From positions 2,153 to 44,767 of the forward strand of contig JBNJGP010000009.1 in the NCBI GenBank assembly GCA_051747805.1: a stretch of DNA of 42,615 nucleotides. Direction: 5' to 3'. Source of the DNA: Candidatus Muiribacteriota bacterium (lineage in GTDB: Bacteria; Muiribacteriota; Muiribacteriia; Muiribacteriales; Muiribacteriaceae). The translations under genes and the position numbers were made by a program. The notes beneath the pieces are model-generated. The model was not told the DNA's origin. It saw only the letters and a list, made by a program, of their open reading frames with translations, and ran no database searches. Below are positions 28,663 through 37,269 of the stretch, one piece after another (the stretch's first letter is position 1; every line of letters starts with the position of its first letter).

Positions 28663-28768
28663 AAATCAAAGATTTTCTTAGTGAGAGGCCGATAGTAGCA
28701 GACAAAAGCCGATGAGTGCAGATAATAAAAGCAAAAACATTACGAAAAATAGTTCATTTAGAATTACT
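28663..28768 (+). repeat. Dispersed repeat copy D (inverted relative to copies B/C)
   Basis: gtgagaggccgatagtagcaga...agccgatgagtgcagataataaaag approximates the reverse complement of 23757-23800; flanks shared with copy A. Confidence 0.8.
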
Positions 28769-28786
28769 GTATAAATATTTGTATTA

Positions 28787-28815
28787 TTGACAAATAAAGG
28801 GTTTTAACTTAAAAT
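28787..28815 (+). promoter_or_regulatory. Near-consensus sigma70 promoter for the radical SAM operon
   Basis: TTGACA (28787-28792)-N17-TAAAAT (28810-28815). Confidence 0.8.
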
Positions 28816-28850
28816 TTCTAATTAAAATAATTAGGAAAACTTCAATTTAT

Positions 28851-30323
28851 ATGAAAATTTTATTTGTTTATAAATCTTATGAATCGATTGGAATAGAAAT
28901 ACTCTCATCATATTTAAAAAAAAATGGTCATCAGGTTGAACTTATATACTTACCTTATTTGTTTAATGATGGATTTATGAAAATGCCCACACTTTCTAAA
29001 ATATTCTCTCATAATGATTATTTCATAAATAAAATTATTAAATCTGAGCCTGATATAGTCGCCTTTTCATCAAATACAGATACATATAAGGATGATATTT
29101 TATTAGCTGCTTTAATTAAACAAAAAAGTGATTTAAAAATTATCTTTGGGGGAATTCATCCAACTGTCTGTCCAGAAACCGTGCTTGAATCCGGAGTTGT
29201 TGATTATGTTTGTGTTGGAGAGGGAGAAAAGCCACTTTTAAAGTTTGCATCTGAATTTTCTGAAAACAATCCATTCCCTGATGTTCCGGGTATATGGTTT
29301 AAAAATAAAAACAAACTACATAACCCAGCCCCCTTTCCGCTAATTAAAAATCTTGATAATCTTCCTTTTCCAGATAAATCCCTTTTTTATAATAAGGCTC
29401 CTTATTTTAAAGATTATTATACAATAATAGCCTCAAGAGGGTGTCCAGGAAACTGTTATTACTGTAATAATAACGCTTATAGAAAAATCTATCCGGGTCA
29501 GAATATTTTCCGCCTGAGAAGTGTTGAAAATGTTATAAAAGAGCTTGAAACCGGGCTGAAAAAATATAGCTTTAAATATGTTATTTTTTCAAATGATACT
29601 TTTTCGGCCGGACATTTATGGACAAATAAACTACTTAACCTCTATATTAAAAAAATAAACAAGCCATTTATCTGCTATATTGACCCAGCAACCTTAACTG
29701 TTGAACAGGCCCGACTTCTAAAAAAGGCGGGTTGTAGAAATGTTGGTATTGGAATTCAAACCCTGCAGCCGGACATAAGAAAAAATGTTTTAAACAGACC
29801 AGGAAATATTAAAAACACTCTAAGAGGAATTAACAGGTTAAAAAAAAATGGGATCCCTTTTACAATAGACCATATTGCAAATATTCCGGGAGAAAATATA
29901 AAACAGACAGTAAAATATTTGAAAACTTATATTAATTTCAGGCCCGAAAGAATTAATTACTTTTATTTAACTTATTATCCTGGTACAGAACTTTTTTATA
30001 AAAAACAAAAAGAGGGGAAAAATAGTAACATGATTTGTGAAAAAATAAAAAAAGGAGAGACTCCAGGATATAATCATGGTTATTTTTACTGGTCCAAAAG
30101 AAAAAAAGTTATGAAAAAACTTGGCACACTTGCCCACTGGGGGTATTTGTTTCCCTCTGTTTTCACAAAAATAATTGATTATAAACTTGTAAAATATATG
30201 CCTGAAAATGATTTTTTTTCAAGAGTAATACCCTCTTTTTTATGTATTTTCATCAAAAGAGCAAAGTTTGGTCAGTGGATATTAAAAAAATATGTTTATC
30301 ACTTTTTAAGAGGCGGATTTTGA
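28851..30323 (+). CDS. B12-binding-domain radical SAM protein 1
   Basis: IFGGIHPT, VGEGE, SRGCPGNCYYC (CxxxCxxC), RSVENVIKE, YPGT. Confidence 0.93.
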   Translation: MKILFVYKSYESIGIEILSSYLKKNGHQVELIYLPYLFNDGFMKMPTLSKIFSHNDYFINKIIKSEPDIVAFSSNTDTYKDDILLAALIKQKSDLKIIFGGIHPTVCPETVLESGVVDYVCVGEGEKPLLKFASEFSENNPFPDVPGIWFKNKNKLHNPAPFPLIKNLDNLPFPDKSLFYNKAPYFKDYYTIIASRGCPGNCYYCNNNAYRKIYPGQNIFRLRSVENVIKELETGLKKYSFKYVIFSNDTFSAGHLWTNKLLNLYIKKINKPFICYIDPATLTVEQARLLKKAGCRNVGIGIQTLQPDIRKNVLNRPGNIKNTLRGINRLKKNGIPFTIDHIANIPGENIKQTVKYLKTYINFRPERINYFYLTYYPGTELFYKKQKEGKNSNMICEKIKKGETPGYNHGYFYWSKRKKVMKKLGTLAHWGYLFPSVFTKIIDYKLVKYMPENDFFSRVIPSFLCIFIKRAKFGQWILKKYVYHFLRGGF

Positions 30324-31798
30324 AAAAATTTGTGTTTGTTTACTCAGCCTATGAAAACTTAGGAATTGAAATACTATCTTCAATATTAAAAAAAAATGGC
30401 TATCAAACTGATTTAATTTTTTTTCCAATGCTTTTTAAAGACTCTTATTTAAATATAAAAGCTGCTTCAGCTTTTAATTTTGAAAAAAAAATAATTCATA
30501 ATTATAATTGGGAAAATACAGCGGGCGTTTTTTTTAATGTTTCAACAGTTTATTACAGGTTTTTTTTAGAAATTGCCCGTTATATAAAGAAAAAAAACAA
30601 AAATATTCCAGTTGTTTTCGGAGGAGTTCATCCCACAAGCTGTCCGGAAATTGTTTTAGAAAATAATTCAGTTGATTATGTTTGTGTTGGCGAGGGTGAT
30701 AGAATAATTATTGCACTTGCCAAACATCTGCTTTCAAAAAAAAATACTGTTCCTCCTGGAATATGGTTTAAAAAAGAGGGCAGAATAATAAAAAACAAGA
30801 CGGCTTCGTTTCCCGCTAATATTAATTTATTACCTTTTCCAGATAAAGCCCTTTTTTATAAAAAAGCACCATATTTTAAAAAAGAATACACAATACTTAC
30901 AACAAGAGGGTGTTATTTTAACTGTTCCTACTGCATTAATAATTTCTGGTATAAAAAAATATATAAAAGTTGTAAAAATATTAGATTTCGTTCTATGGAG
31001 TTAGTATTAAAAGAATTAATTTATGCTAAAAAGAAGTACAATTTTAAAAAAGTAATATTTTATGATGATGATTTTTACAGAAATTCAAAAGAATTTGAAC
31101 ATTTTTTAAAAAATTATAAAAAAGAAATAAATAGACCTTTTATATGTATTTTACATCCGGCTAAATTAAACAGGAAAAATCTGCTAAACCTCAAAAGGGC
31201 AGGATGTATTCATATCGAGGTGGGAGTGCAGACATTAAATGAACAAGTGCGCAAAAAAATATTAAACAGATATGAAACAAATAAAACAATAATAGAGGGC
31301 CTTAAAAACTTAAAAGAAGTTTCTATACCATTTAATATTGATCATATGACCGGATTACCTGAGGATACAGTAGATTTCACACTTAAAGCTGCGCGTATTT
31401 ATTCAAGTTTTAATCCTGAAAGGGTTTTATATATTTTTCTTACTAATTATCCCCAGCTTGAAATAAATAAAGTTTGCATTGAAAAGAAAAATCTTACAGT
31501 AAATGATATAATAAATATAGAAAATGGATATTGTCAGAGTCAGGAAGAGTTTGGTTCGGTAAGAAACAAAAACCTGATTCTTTTGAAAAAATGTGGGTTT
31601 ATTTTTGGATGGCTACCTATACTTCCATATCCTGTTATAAAATTATTAAGCAGAAAAAAAATATTACCTTTTCTGCCATCCTCAAGAATAATAACAAAAA
31701 TTATACCAACAGTTTTAATTACTTTATTTAAAACAGAGATTAAGGGGAAGATGGTAATTAGAAAATATTTATATGAAATATTTAATAGAAAAAAATAA
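30320..31798 (+). CDS. B12-binding-domain radical SAM protein 2 (start likely TTG 30320)
   Basis: VFGGVHPT, VGEGD, TRGCYFNCSYC, FYDDDF; TTGA overlap; N-terminus aligns with protein 1. Confidence 0.93.
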   Translation: MKKFVFVYSAYENLGIEILSSILKKNGYQTDLIFFPMLFKDSYLNIKAASAFNFEKKIIHNYNWENTAGVFFNVSTVYYRFFLEIARYIKKKNKNIPVVFGGVHPTSCPEIVLENNSVDYVCVGEGDRIIIALAKHLLSKKNTVPPGIWFKKEGRIIKNKTASFPANINLLPFPDKALFYKKAPYFKKEYTILTTRGCYFNCSYCINNFWYKKIYKSCKNIRFRSMELVLKELIYAKKKYNFKKVIFYDDDFYRNSKEFEHFLKNYKKEINRPFICILHPAKLNRKNLLNLKRAGCIHIEVGVQTLNEQVRKKILNRYETNKTIIEGLKNLKEVSIPFNIDHMTGLPEDTVDFTLKAARIYSSFNPERVLYIFLTNYPQLEINKVCIEKKNLTVNDIINIENGYCQSQEEFGSVRNKNLILLKKCGFIFGWLPILPYPVIKLLSRKKILPFLPSSRIITKIIPTVLITLFKTEIKGKMVIRKYLYEIFNRKK

Positions 31799-33296
31799 AA
31801 TTCTTTTATACTCAATGTTATTTTATACATTGATTTACTGGGGATTTTTAACCCTCTTTTTAAATAAGTTTAATTTTTATCCCCTGCATTATCTTGTTGA
31901 TTCTTACGTGTTTCATAAAATATTTGATTCAATACTAAATCTTAATATCCCGATTCCGGAAACAGTTGCCATGTCACCGGTTTATTCAATTTTATTATTA
32001 CCTTTCAGTATTTTTACAACCTCGGCTTTTGTTTTATTTATTGGCAACTTTGTTTTTTCTATAATATTTTTAATATATTTTTACAGACTTTGTGAATTAA
32101 TAATTGGGAGTAAAGGGGCTTTTTATTCTCTTTTATTTGTTATCTGTAATCCATATTTTTTATATATTGTACTTTCTGGTTATAGTGAAATAGCTGGATT
32201 TATGTTTATTGCAGGTTCTTTTTATTATGCTTTGCGTAATAAAGGCATTCTTTCGGGTATATTTCTTCCTTTTGGGATTTTAATCAGGCTTGAATTTTTA
32301 CTGTTTTTTATATTTAATTTTTTATTTATAAAAAAAGGGGAGAGAATCAGACTTGGTTTTTCAATTTTTTTAAGTTTAGCCTTAATTCTTCTTGTAACAG
32401 GCATTTTTTCATATAATGAGACTAATCCGTTTCTAAATAAAGTTTATATGATATTTCTTGGACTTGATTATTTTGTTGCAGATAATTTCAGTGCTGATAT
32501 GGTTAATATATTAACTTACACAGCTGGTGAACTTTATAATCCTGAGTTGGTTTTTACAGCTGAAGATAATCTTCGTAAGCTCTTAAACGGGAAGTCTTTT
32601 ATTGAACAGCTTTATTCTTTTCCTGTAAATTACTTTAAATATTTTTTATATAATTTGTATAGATGGGTAACGGTTCACTGGATATTTCTACCCCTTATTT
32701 TTTATTACTTTTTTTATAAATTTAAAATAAGTAAGAAAAATCTTTTTTTACTTTTTATTTTTATAACTCCTTTCTGTTTTATTGCAACTGTATTGACCAA
32801 TTATTTTGAAAGATATGTAATTTTTTATGTCTTCATCTATTCCTTTATGTTTGGAGATATTTGGGCTAATTTAAACCTGAAGACATTGCCTGTTTATAAA
32901 AGAATAAATATTGTAGTTTTAATATGTACAATCTGTCTTTTTTACACATTATATTCTAATTTAGCTTTCTTTTCACAGTTTGATTACATACCTGAAGGAG
33001 TTCAAACAATTAAAAATTTAAATATTAAAAACAGCAACATCTTAACTGCCGAGCCGTGGATAACATATTTATCAGGAAATGATTATACAATTACTCCGCC
33101 CTTTGCTGAAGAACCTGAAAAATATAAACAGTATCTTAAAGAAATGGAAGTTGATTATATAATTATAGACAACGGGGTTTATCCTACTGAAACAGAAAGT
33201 GTATATAATCCTCATCTTTTTGAATTTTTAGAACATCAGAATTTAATTGAGTTAATGTATTCTAACCCTGATTTTTATAAGGTTAATGTTAATTAA
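31773..33296 (+). CDS. Polytopic membrane protein, GT-C fold glycosyltransferase-like (ArnT/PMT-like)
   Basis: About 10 or more hydrophobic segments; Asp in first loop (LVDSY), SPVYS, YSE, LIRLE, ERY; soluble C-terminal domain with VDYIII. Confidence 0.62.
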   Translation: MKYLIEKNKILLYSMLFYTLIYWGFLTLFLNKFNFYPLHYLVDSYVFHKIFDSILNLNIPIPETVAMSPVYSILLLPFSIFTTSAFVLFIGNFVFSIIFLIYFYRLCELIIGSKGAFYSLLFVICNPYFLYIVLSGYSEIAGFMFIAGSFYYALRNKGILSGIFLPFGILIRLEFLLFFIFNFLFIKKGERIRLGFSIFLSLALILLVTGIFSYNETNPFLNKVYMIFLGLDYFVADNFSADMVNILTYTAGELYNPELVFTAEDNLRKLLNGKSFIEQLYSFPVNYFKYFLYNLYRWVTVHWIFLPLIFYYFFYKFKISKKNLFLLFIFITPFCFIATVLTNYFERYVIFYVFIYSFMFGDIWANLNLKTLPVYKRINIVVLICTICLFYTLYSNLAFFSQFDYIPEGVQTIKNLNIKNSNILTAEPWITYLSGNDYTITPPFAEEPEKYKQYLKEMEVDYIIIDNGVYPTETESVYNPHLFEFLEHQNLIELMYSNPDFYKVNVN

Positions 33297-33314
33297 TACT
33301 GAAAGGAGCATTCT

Positions 33315-34754
33315 ATGAGAATATTAATTACGAGAGTTTTTACAATAAGTAATACATATAATGTTACTGTTTCGCCGCCCATTGGAGCGTTGTATATAAC
33401 TTCAACTTTAAGAAAGCATTACCCAGACTATAATATAAAATTCTATGATAATGTCCTTCCTGAAAAAAGGAATTTAAAAAGTTTTAAAAAGTATATAAAA
33501 AAATTCAAACCCGATATCATAATGTTTTCTAGTACTTACGTAGAACGTGATATTATTTTTAAGTGGACAAAGTATTCAAAAAAGGTTTCAGAAAAAATTA
33601 TCACTGTCTGTGGCGGGCCTGGACCAAATTCTTCTCCAGGCGAGTATATTAAAAATTCTTGCATAGATTTCGTTGTATGTGGCGAAGGGGAAGAAAGGGC
33701 AGTAAATCTTATAGAGAATATTAAAAGTAAGCAAAAAAAATTTATGGATGGTATTTGTTATAAAAATGGAAAGGAATGTATTATTTCAAAACCGGTTTCG
33801 GTTGTTTCGCAACTTGATGATATAACTTTTCCGGCCTGGGAAGAGCATAACTTCAATTTTTATTCAAAGATGCATGGACCAGTTGCGATTTTAAAGGAAA
33901 TTCCTTATGCGTATATGATGACTTCAAGAGGTTGTCCTTTTAATTGTAAATTCTGTCATAATTCATTTGGAAATAAAATAAGAAGTAGAAGCCCAGAAAA
34001 TATTGTTGAAGAAATAAAATTACTTAAAAAACTGGGTGTGAAAACTATTTATTTTGGAGATGATATTTTCAATCTTCAGACAGATAAAGCAAAAGAAATA
34101 TGCAAAAAAATTATAGAGGCAAATTTAGATATATATATAGGTTTTACCGGAATAAGAATTGACTTTATAGATAAAGAGTTGTTTAAACTTATTAAAAAAG
34201 CGGGGGGATATTTTCTTGAGTTTGGTGTACAGCATATCAGTCCTGAATTAAATGATTCTGGGAAAAGAAATTTTAATCCAAAAAAATATAAAAAAAATGT
34301 TTCGTACTTAAAAAAACTGGGATTTATTACACGCTCTCAATTTATATTTGGGTTTCCCGGCGAAACCAGAAAACAATCCCTTCAGAATTTAAAGTTTGCC
34401 CTTGAGCTGGACGCAGATTTCACCTCTTTTTTTAAATTAACTCCTTATCCCGGTACATGGTATGGTAAAAATTTTTTAAAAAATGAAACTTTTGAAAAAA
34501 TTCCCTCAGAGGATTTTAATTTTTATAATAAAAATCCGGAGCTTTTTATGGGAAATATGAACAGCAGTGAGTTTGACGAGTTTTTGATAGAGGCGCATAA
34601 AAAATTTTACTTAAGACCGTCAAAAATCTTAAAGCTTATTTTAAAAATACCATATAACAAAAAAAATGTTTATCAGCTTATTATTAAGTTTTTAATACTT
34701 GTGCTTCCAGAAAAGTTATTAAAACCAGTTATTAAGATTTATAAAAATTCCTGA
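33315..34754 (+). CDS. B12-binding-domain radical SAM protein 3
   Basis: PPIGALYI, CGGP, GEGE, SRGCPFNCKFC, DDIF, FIFGFPGET, PYPGT; AAGGAG SD. Confidence 0.93.
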   Translation: MRILITRVFTISNTYNVTVSPPIGALYITSTLRKHYPDYNIKFYDNVLPEKRNLKSFKKYIKKFKPDIIMFSSTYVERDIIFKWTKYSKKVSEKIITVCGGPGPNSSPGEYIKNSCIDFVVCGEGEERAVNLIENIKSKQKKFMDGICYKNGKECIISKPVSVVSQLDDITFPAWEEHNFNFYSKMHGPVAILKEIPYAYMMTSRGCPFNCKFCHNSFGNKIRSRSPENIVEEIKLLKKLGVKTIYFGDDIFNLQTDKAKEICKKIIEANLDIYIGFTGIRIDFIDKELFKLIKKAGGYFLEFGVQHISPELNDSGKRNFNPKKYKKNVSYLKKLGFITRSQFIFGFPGETRKQSLQNLKFALELDADFTSFFKLTPYPGTWYGKNFLKNETFEKIPSEDFNFYNKNPELFMGNMNSSEFDEFLIEAHKKFYLRPSKILKLILKIPYNKKNVYQLIIKFLILVLPEKLLKPVIKIYKNS

Positions 34755-35766
34755 TAAAAGCGTTTAATAAAATAACTATTAGAAAAACTGCCGCAATAGA
34801 GCCGGTAATACTTGACCCTGAATGCTGGGTCATTTCAAAACCTTCTGGGGAAATGTTTTTGAATAAAATGTCCATTAAAATGCCCGAAAGCAAGGCAGTA
34901 ATTATTATAGAAAAAAGATAAATGAAAAAATTTTTTTTACCCATAATTTTAAATATAGAAATAATTGTTGCACTGTTGGTGGCTGGTCCGGTCATTAAAA
35001 AGATAAGGGCTGCTCCGGGAGATATTCCCTGCAGAACAAGCGAAGCTGCAATAGGCACAGATGAAGTAGAACATATATATATTGGAATACCCGCAATAAT
35101 CATTAAAAGCATTGCCTGTATATTGTTGTAACCTGCAAAACGTATAAAAAAAGATTCTGGAACAAAAGTTGAAATAAGAGCTGAAATCAAGAGGCCAACA
35201 GCAAGTGATACTGAAATATCCTTAGGAATAGTAATAAAAGCGTATTTTAAAATGTTTGAAATTCTATTTTTAATTTTAGAATTATTGTTCTTTCCAACAT
35301 TTTTTTCAATATTTTGAGTAGAACAACTTGAACAGGTTTCTAGTTCACATTTAATTGTTGCTTTTTTTTCTTTTAAAAAAAAAGCTGTAAATCCACCCAA
35401 TATACCAGATATAAAAGCGGATACTGGTCTGTAAACAGCATACACTGGCCCTAAAAGCGAATAGGTAACAGCTATGCTGTCTGCTCCAGTTTGAGGTGTA
35501 GATATTAAAAAAGATATAATTGATGCATCAGAAGCCCCGCTTTTTTTCAGCATAGATATTAATGGTATTATGCCACATGAACAAATTGGTAGAGGAATTC
35601 CAAAAAAAGAGGCTTTAATTGAGTTCATCAAACTGTTTTTTCCAAGATGCTTTTGAATAAACTTTTCATTTATATACTCTGAAAGAATTCCCGCAATCAG
35701 AAATCCAAAAATCAAAGAAAGTGACATTTGACCCAGAATTTCCCATATTTCAACTAGAACTTGCAT
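34732..35766 (-). CDS. Predicted permease (DUF318/ArsP-like; metal/metalloid transport-associated)
   Basis: PLPICSCGIIP, FLISTP, PIYICSTSSVP, FLMTGPATN; central CxxxxCxxC loop; GGAG SD. Confidence 0.85.
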   Translation of the reverse strand: MQVLVEIWEILGQMSLSLIFGFLIAGILSEYINEKFIQKHLGKNSLMNSIKASFFGIPLPICSCGIIPLISMLKKSGASDASIISFLISTPQTGADSIAVTYSLLGPVYAVYRPVSAFISGILGGFTAFFLKEKKATIKCELETCSSCSTQNIEKNVGKNNNSKIKNRISNILKYAFITIPKDISVSLAVGLLISALISTFVPESFFIRFAGYNNIQAMLLMIIAGIPIYICSTSSVPIAASLVLQGISPGAALIFLMTGPATNSATIISIFKIMGKKNFFIYLFSIIITALLSGILMDILFKNISPEGFEMTQHSGSSITGSIAAVFLIVILLNAFIRNFYKS

Positions 35767-35785
35767 TTATAACTCCTATAAAAAA

Positions 35786-36571
35786 TTAATTTGAATCAGT
35801 TTTTTGTAAAAATTCTTTTAAATCCAGTTTCATTAAATTAACAGGATTTATAATTTTATTATTTAGAAGAACACAGAAGTCTGTGCCATAAAAAATTGCT
35901 TCTTTTTTGGATTTAATTTCAATAATTCTAATATTTACTTCTTTTTTATGTTTTTTTAAAATATCTTTAATAAAAAAAAGAATTTCACATTGAAAATAAT
36001 TTAAAAAATTTGCAAAAATCACAAAGTTCAGCTTTTTCTTTTCATTTTGAATATCTTTAATTTCTTCAAAATTAAGAGGGATGCGTTTTATAAATGTGTT
36101 GCTACTTGATTTAAATAACCAGAAAGCCGAGCTGATTAAAAAATTTTCATAACTTAGAAGTGGTGCAAATCCGATTGATTTATAGGCTGCGTGCATACTA
36201 TCTTCAACAGGTGAAGAGATTAACATAATTTCTTTGTATTTTTTTGAAAGATTATCAAAAAAAGAACCTGTTTTTTTAAGAAATCCAGCATTATTTCTTG
36301 CTTTTGAATTTAAGTTCAGGGTGTTTACAAAAAGCACCTCTTTTTCAACAACGGGTATTGGGAAAATTTCTAAATCATAACCTTCAAGTAAAAATTTTTC
36401 AGAATTATTATAGTTTTCTTCTGTATAAAAAAGACAGGAATTGTTATTTTTTAAAAAATTAAGTTTTTTTTCCAGAAAAAAATCAACTACTCTGGGATTT
36501 TTATTTTCAAAACTACTTTTTATAATTTCAATAATTTTATTTTTTTCTTCTATTTTTTTAAAACCATGCAT
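35786..36571 (-). CDS. Hypothetical protein (weak GNAT/YoaP-like resemblance)
   Basis: 261-aa ORF coupled to dapH; AYKSIGF and C-terminal IIEIKSKKEA...VLLNNKII are only suggestive. Confidence 0.55.
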   Translation of the reverse strand: MHGFKKIEEKNKIIEIIKSSFENKNPRVVDFFLEKKLNFLKNNNSCLFYTEENYNNSEKFLLEGYDLEIFPIPVVEKEVLFVNTLNLNSKARNNAGFLKKTGSFFDNLSKKYKEIMLISSPVEDSMHAAYKSIGFAPLLSYENFLISSAFWLFKSSSNTFIKRIPLNFEEIKDIQNEKKKLNFVIFANFLNYFQCEILFFIKDILKKHKKEVNIRIIEIKSKKEAIFYGTDFCVLLNNKIINPVNLMKLDLKEFLQKTDSN

Positions 36572-37269
36572 TAGCGCAATTCCTTTAGAATTTTAGTTTT
36601 ATCTGCTGTTTTTAAATCTTTCTTTTTAATAATTTCTGCTGGAATACCTACTGCAACAGAATTTTCTGGAACATCCTTGGTTACAACAGAACAGGCTCCA
36701 ATAACAGAATTTTCCCCAACTTTAACCCCTTCTAAAATAACAGCATTTGCACCAACCATAACATTATCTTCAATAAAAACTTCTTTAGCAGAAGGTGGTT
36801 CAAGCACTCCGGCTATAACAGCACCTGCTCCAATATGACAGTTTTGACCAATAATAGCTCTTGCTCCCACAACAGAATTCATATCTATCATTGTTTTATT
36901 ACCAACCTGAGCTCCTATATTAATAACAGAACCCATCATAATAATACAGTTTTTTCCAATAGAGGCTCCCTCGCGAATAAATGCGCCCGGTTCTACACGT
37001 GAATCAATATTTTCGAGTTCTGCAGAGGGAAGGGCTGATTTTCTTGTTTTTATTTCATAGTCATAATGTTTAATATTATTTTTATTTAGTTTTATTATTT
37101 TTTTTATTGTTTCATACTCCCCGATGATTGTATAAAAAGGGGAAGCTCCATATATTTTACAGTTTTTTGTATCTTTTATATCTAAATTCTGTGTTGTCTG
37201 AATATAAAAAATTGAGTTTGTTTTTTTTTCAGAATTTTTAATAATATCTGCTATTTTTTTATAATCCAT
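36571..37269 (-). CDS. dapH: 2,3,4,5-tetrahydropyridine-2,6-dicarboxylate N-acetyltransferase
   Basis: RVEPGAFIRE, MMGSVINIGA, IDMN, HIGAGAVIAGVLEPPSA, GANAVILEGV hexapeptide repeats. Confidence 0.88.
   Translation of the reverse strand: MDYKKIADIIKNSEKKTNSIFYIQTTQNLDIKDTKNCKIYGASPFYTIIGEYETIKKIIKLNKNNIKHYDYEIKTRKSALPSAELENIDSRVEPGAFIREGASIGKNCIIMMGSVINIGAQVGNKTMIDMNSVVGARAIIGQNCHIGAGAVIAGVLEPPSAKEVFIEDNVMVGANAVILEGVKVGENSVIGACSVVTKDVPENSVAVGIPAEIIKKKDLKTADKTKILKELR

Noticed and set aside
28712..28774. 20-aa ORF MSADNKSKNITKNSSFRITV as RiPP precursor
   Set aside because: Starts inside repeat copy D, has no SD, and lies upstream of the rSAM promoter
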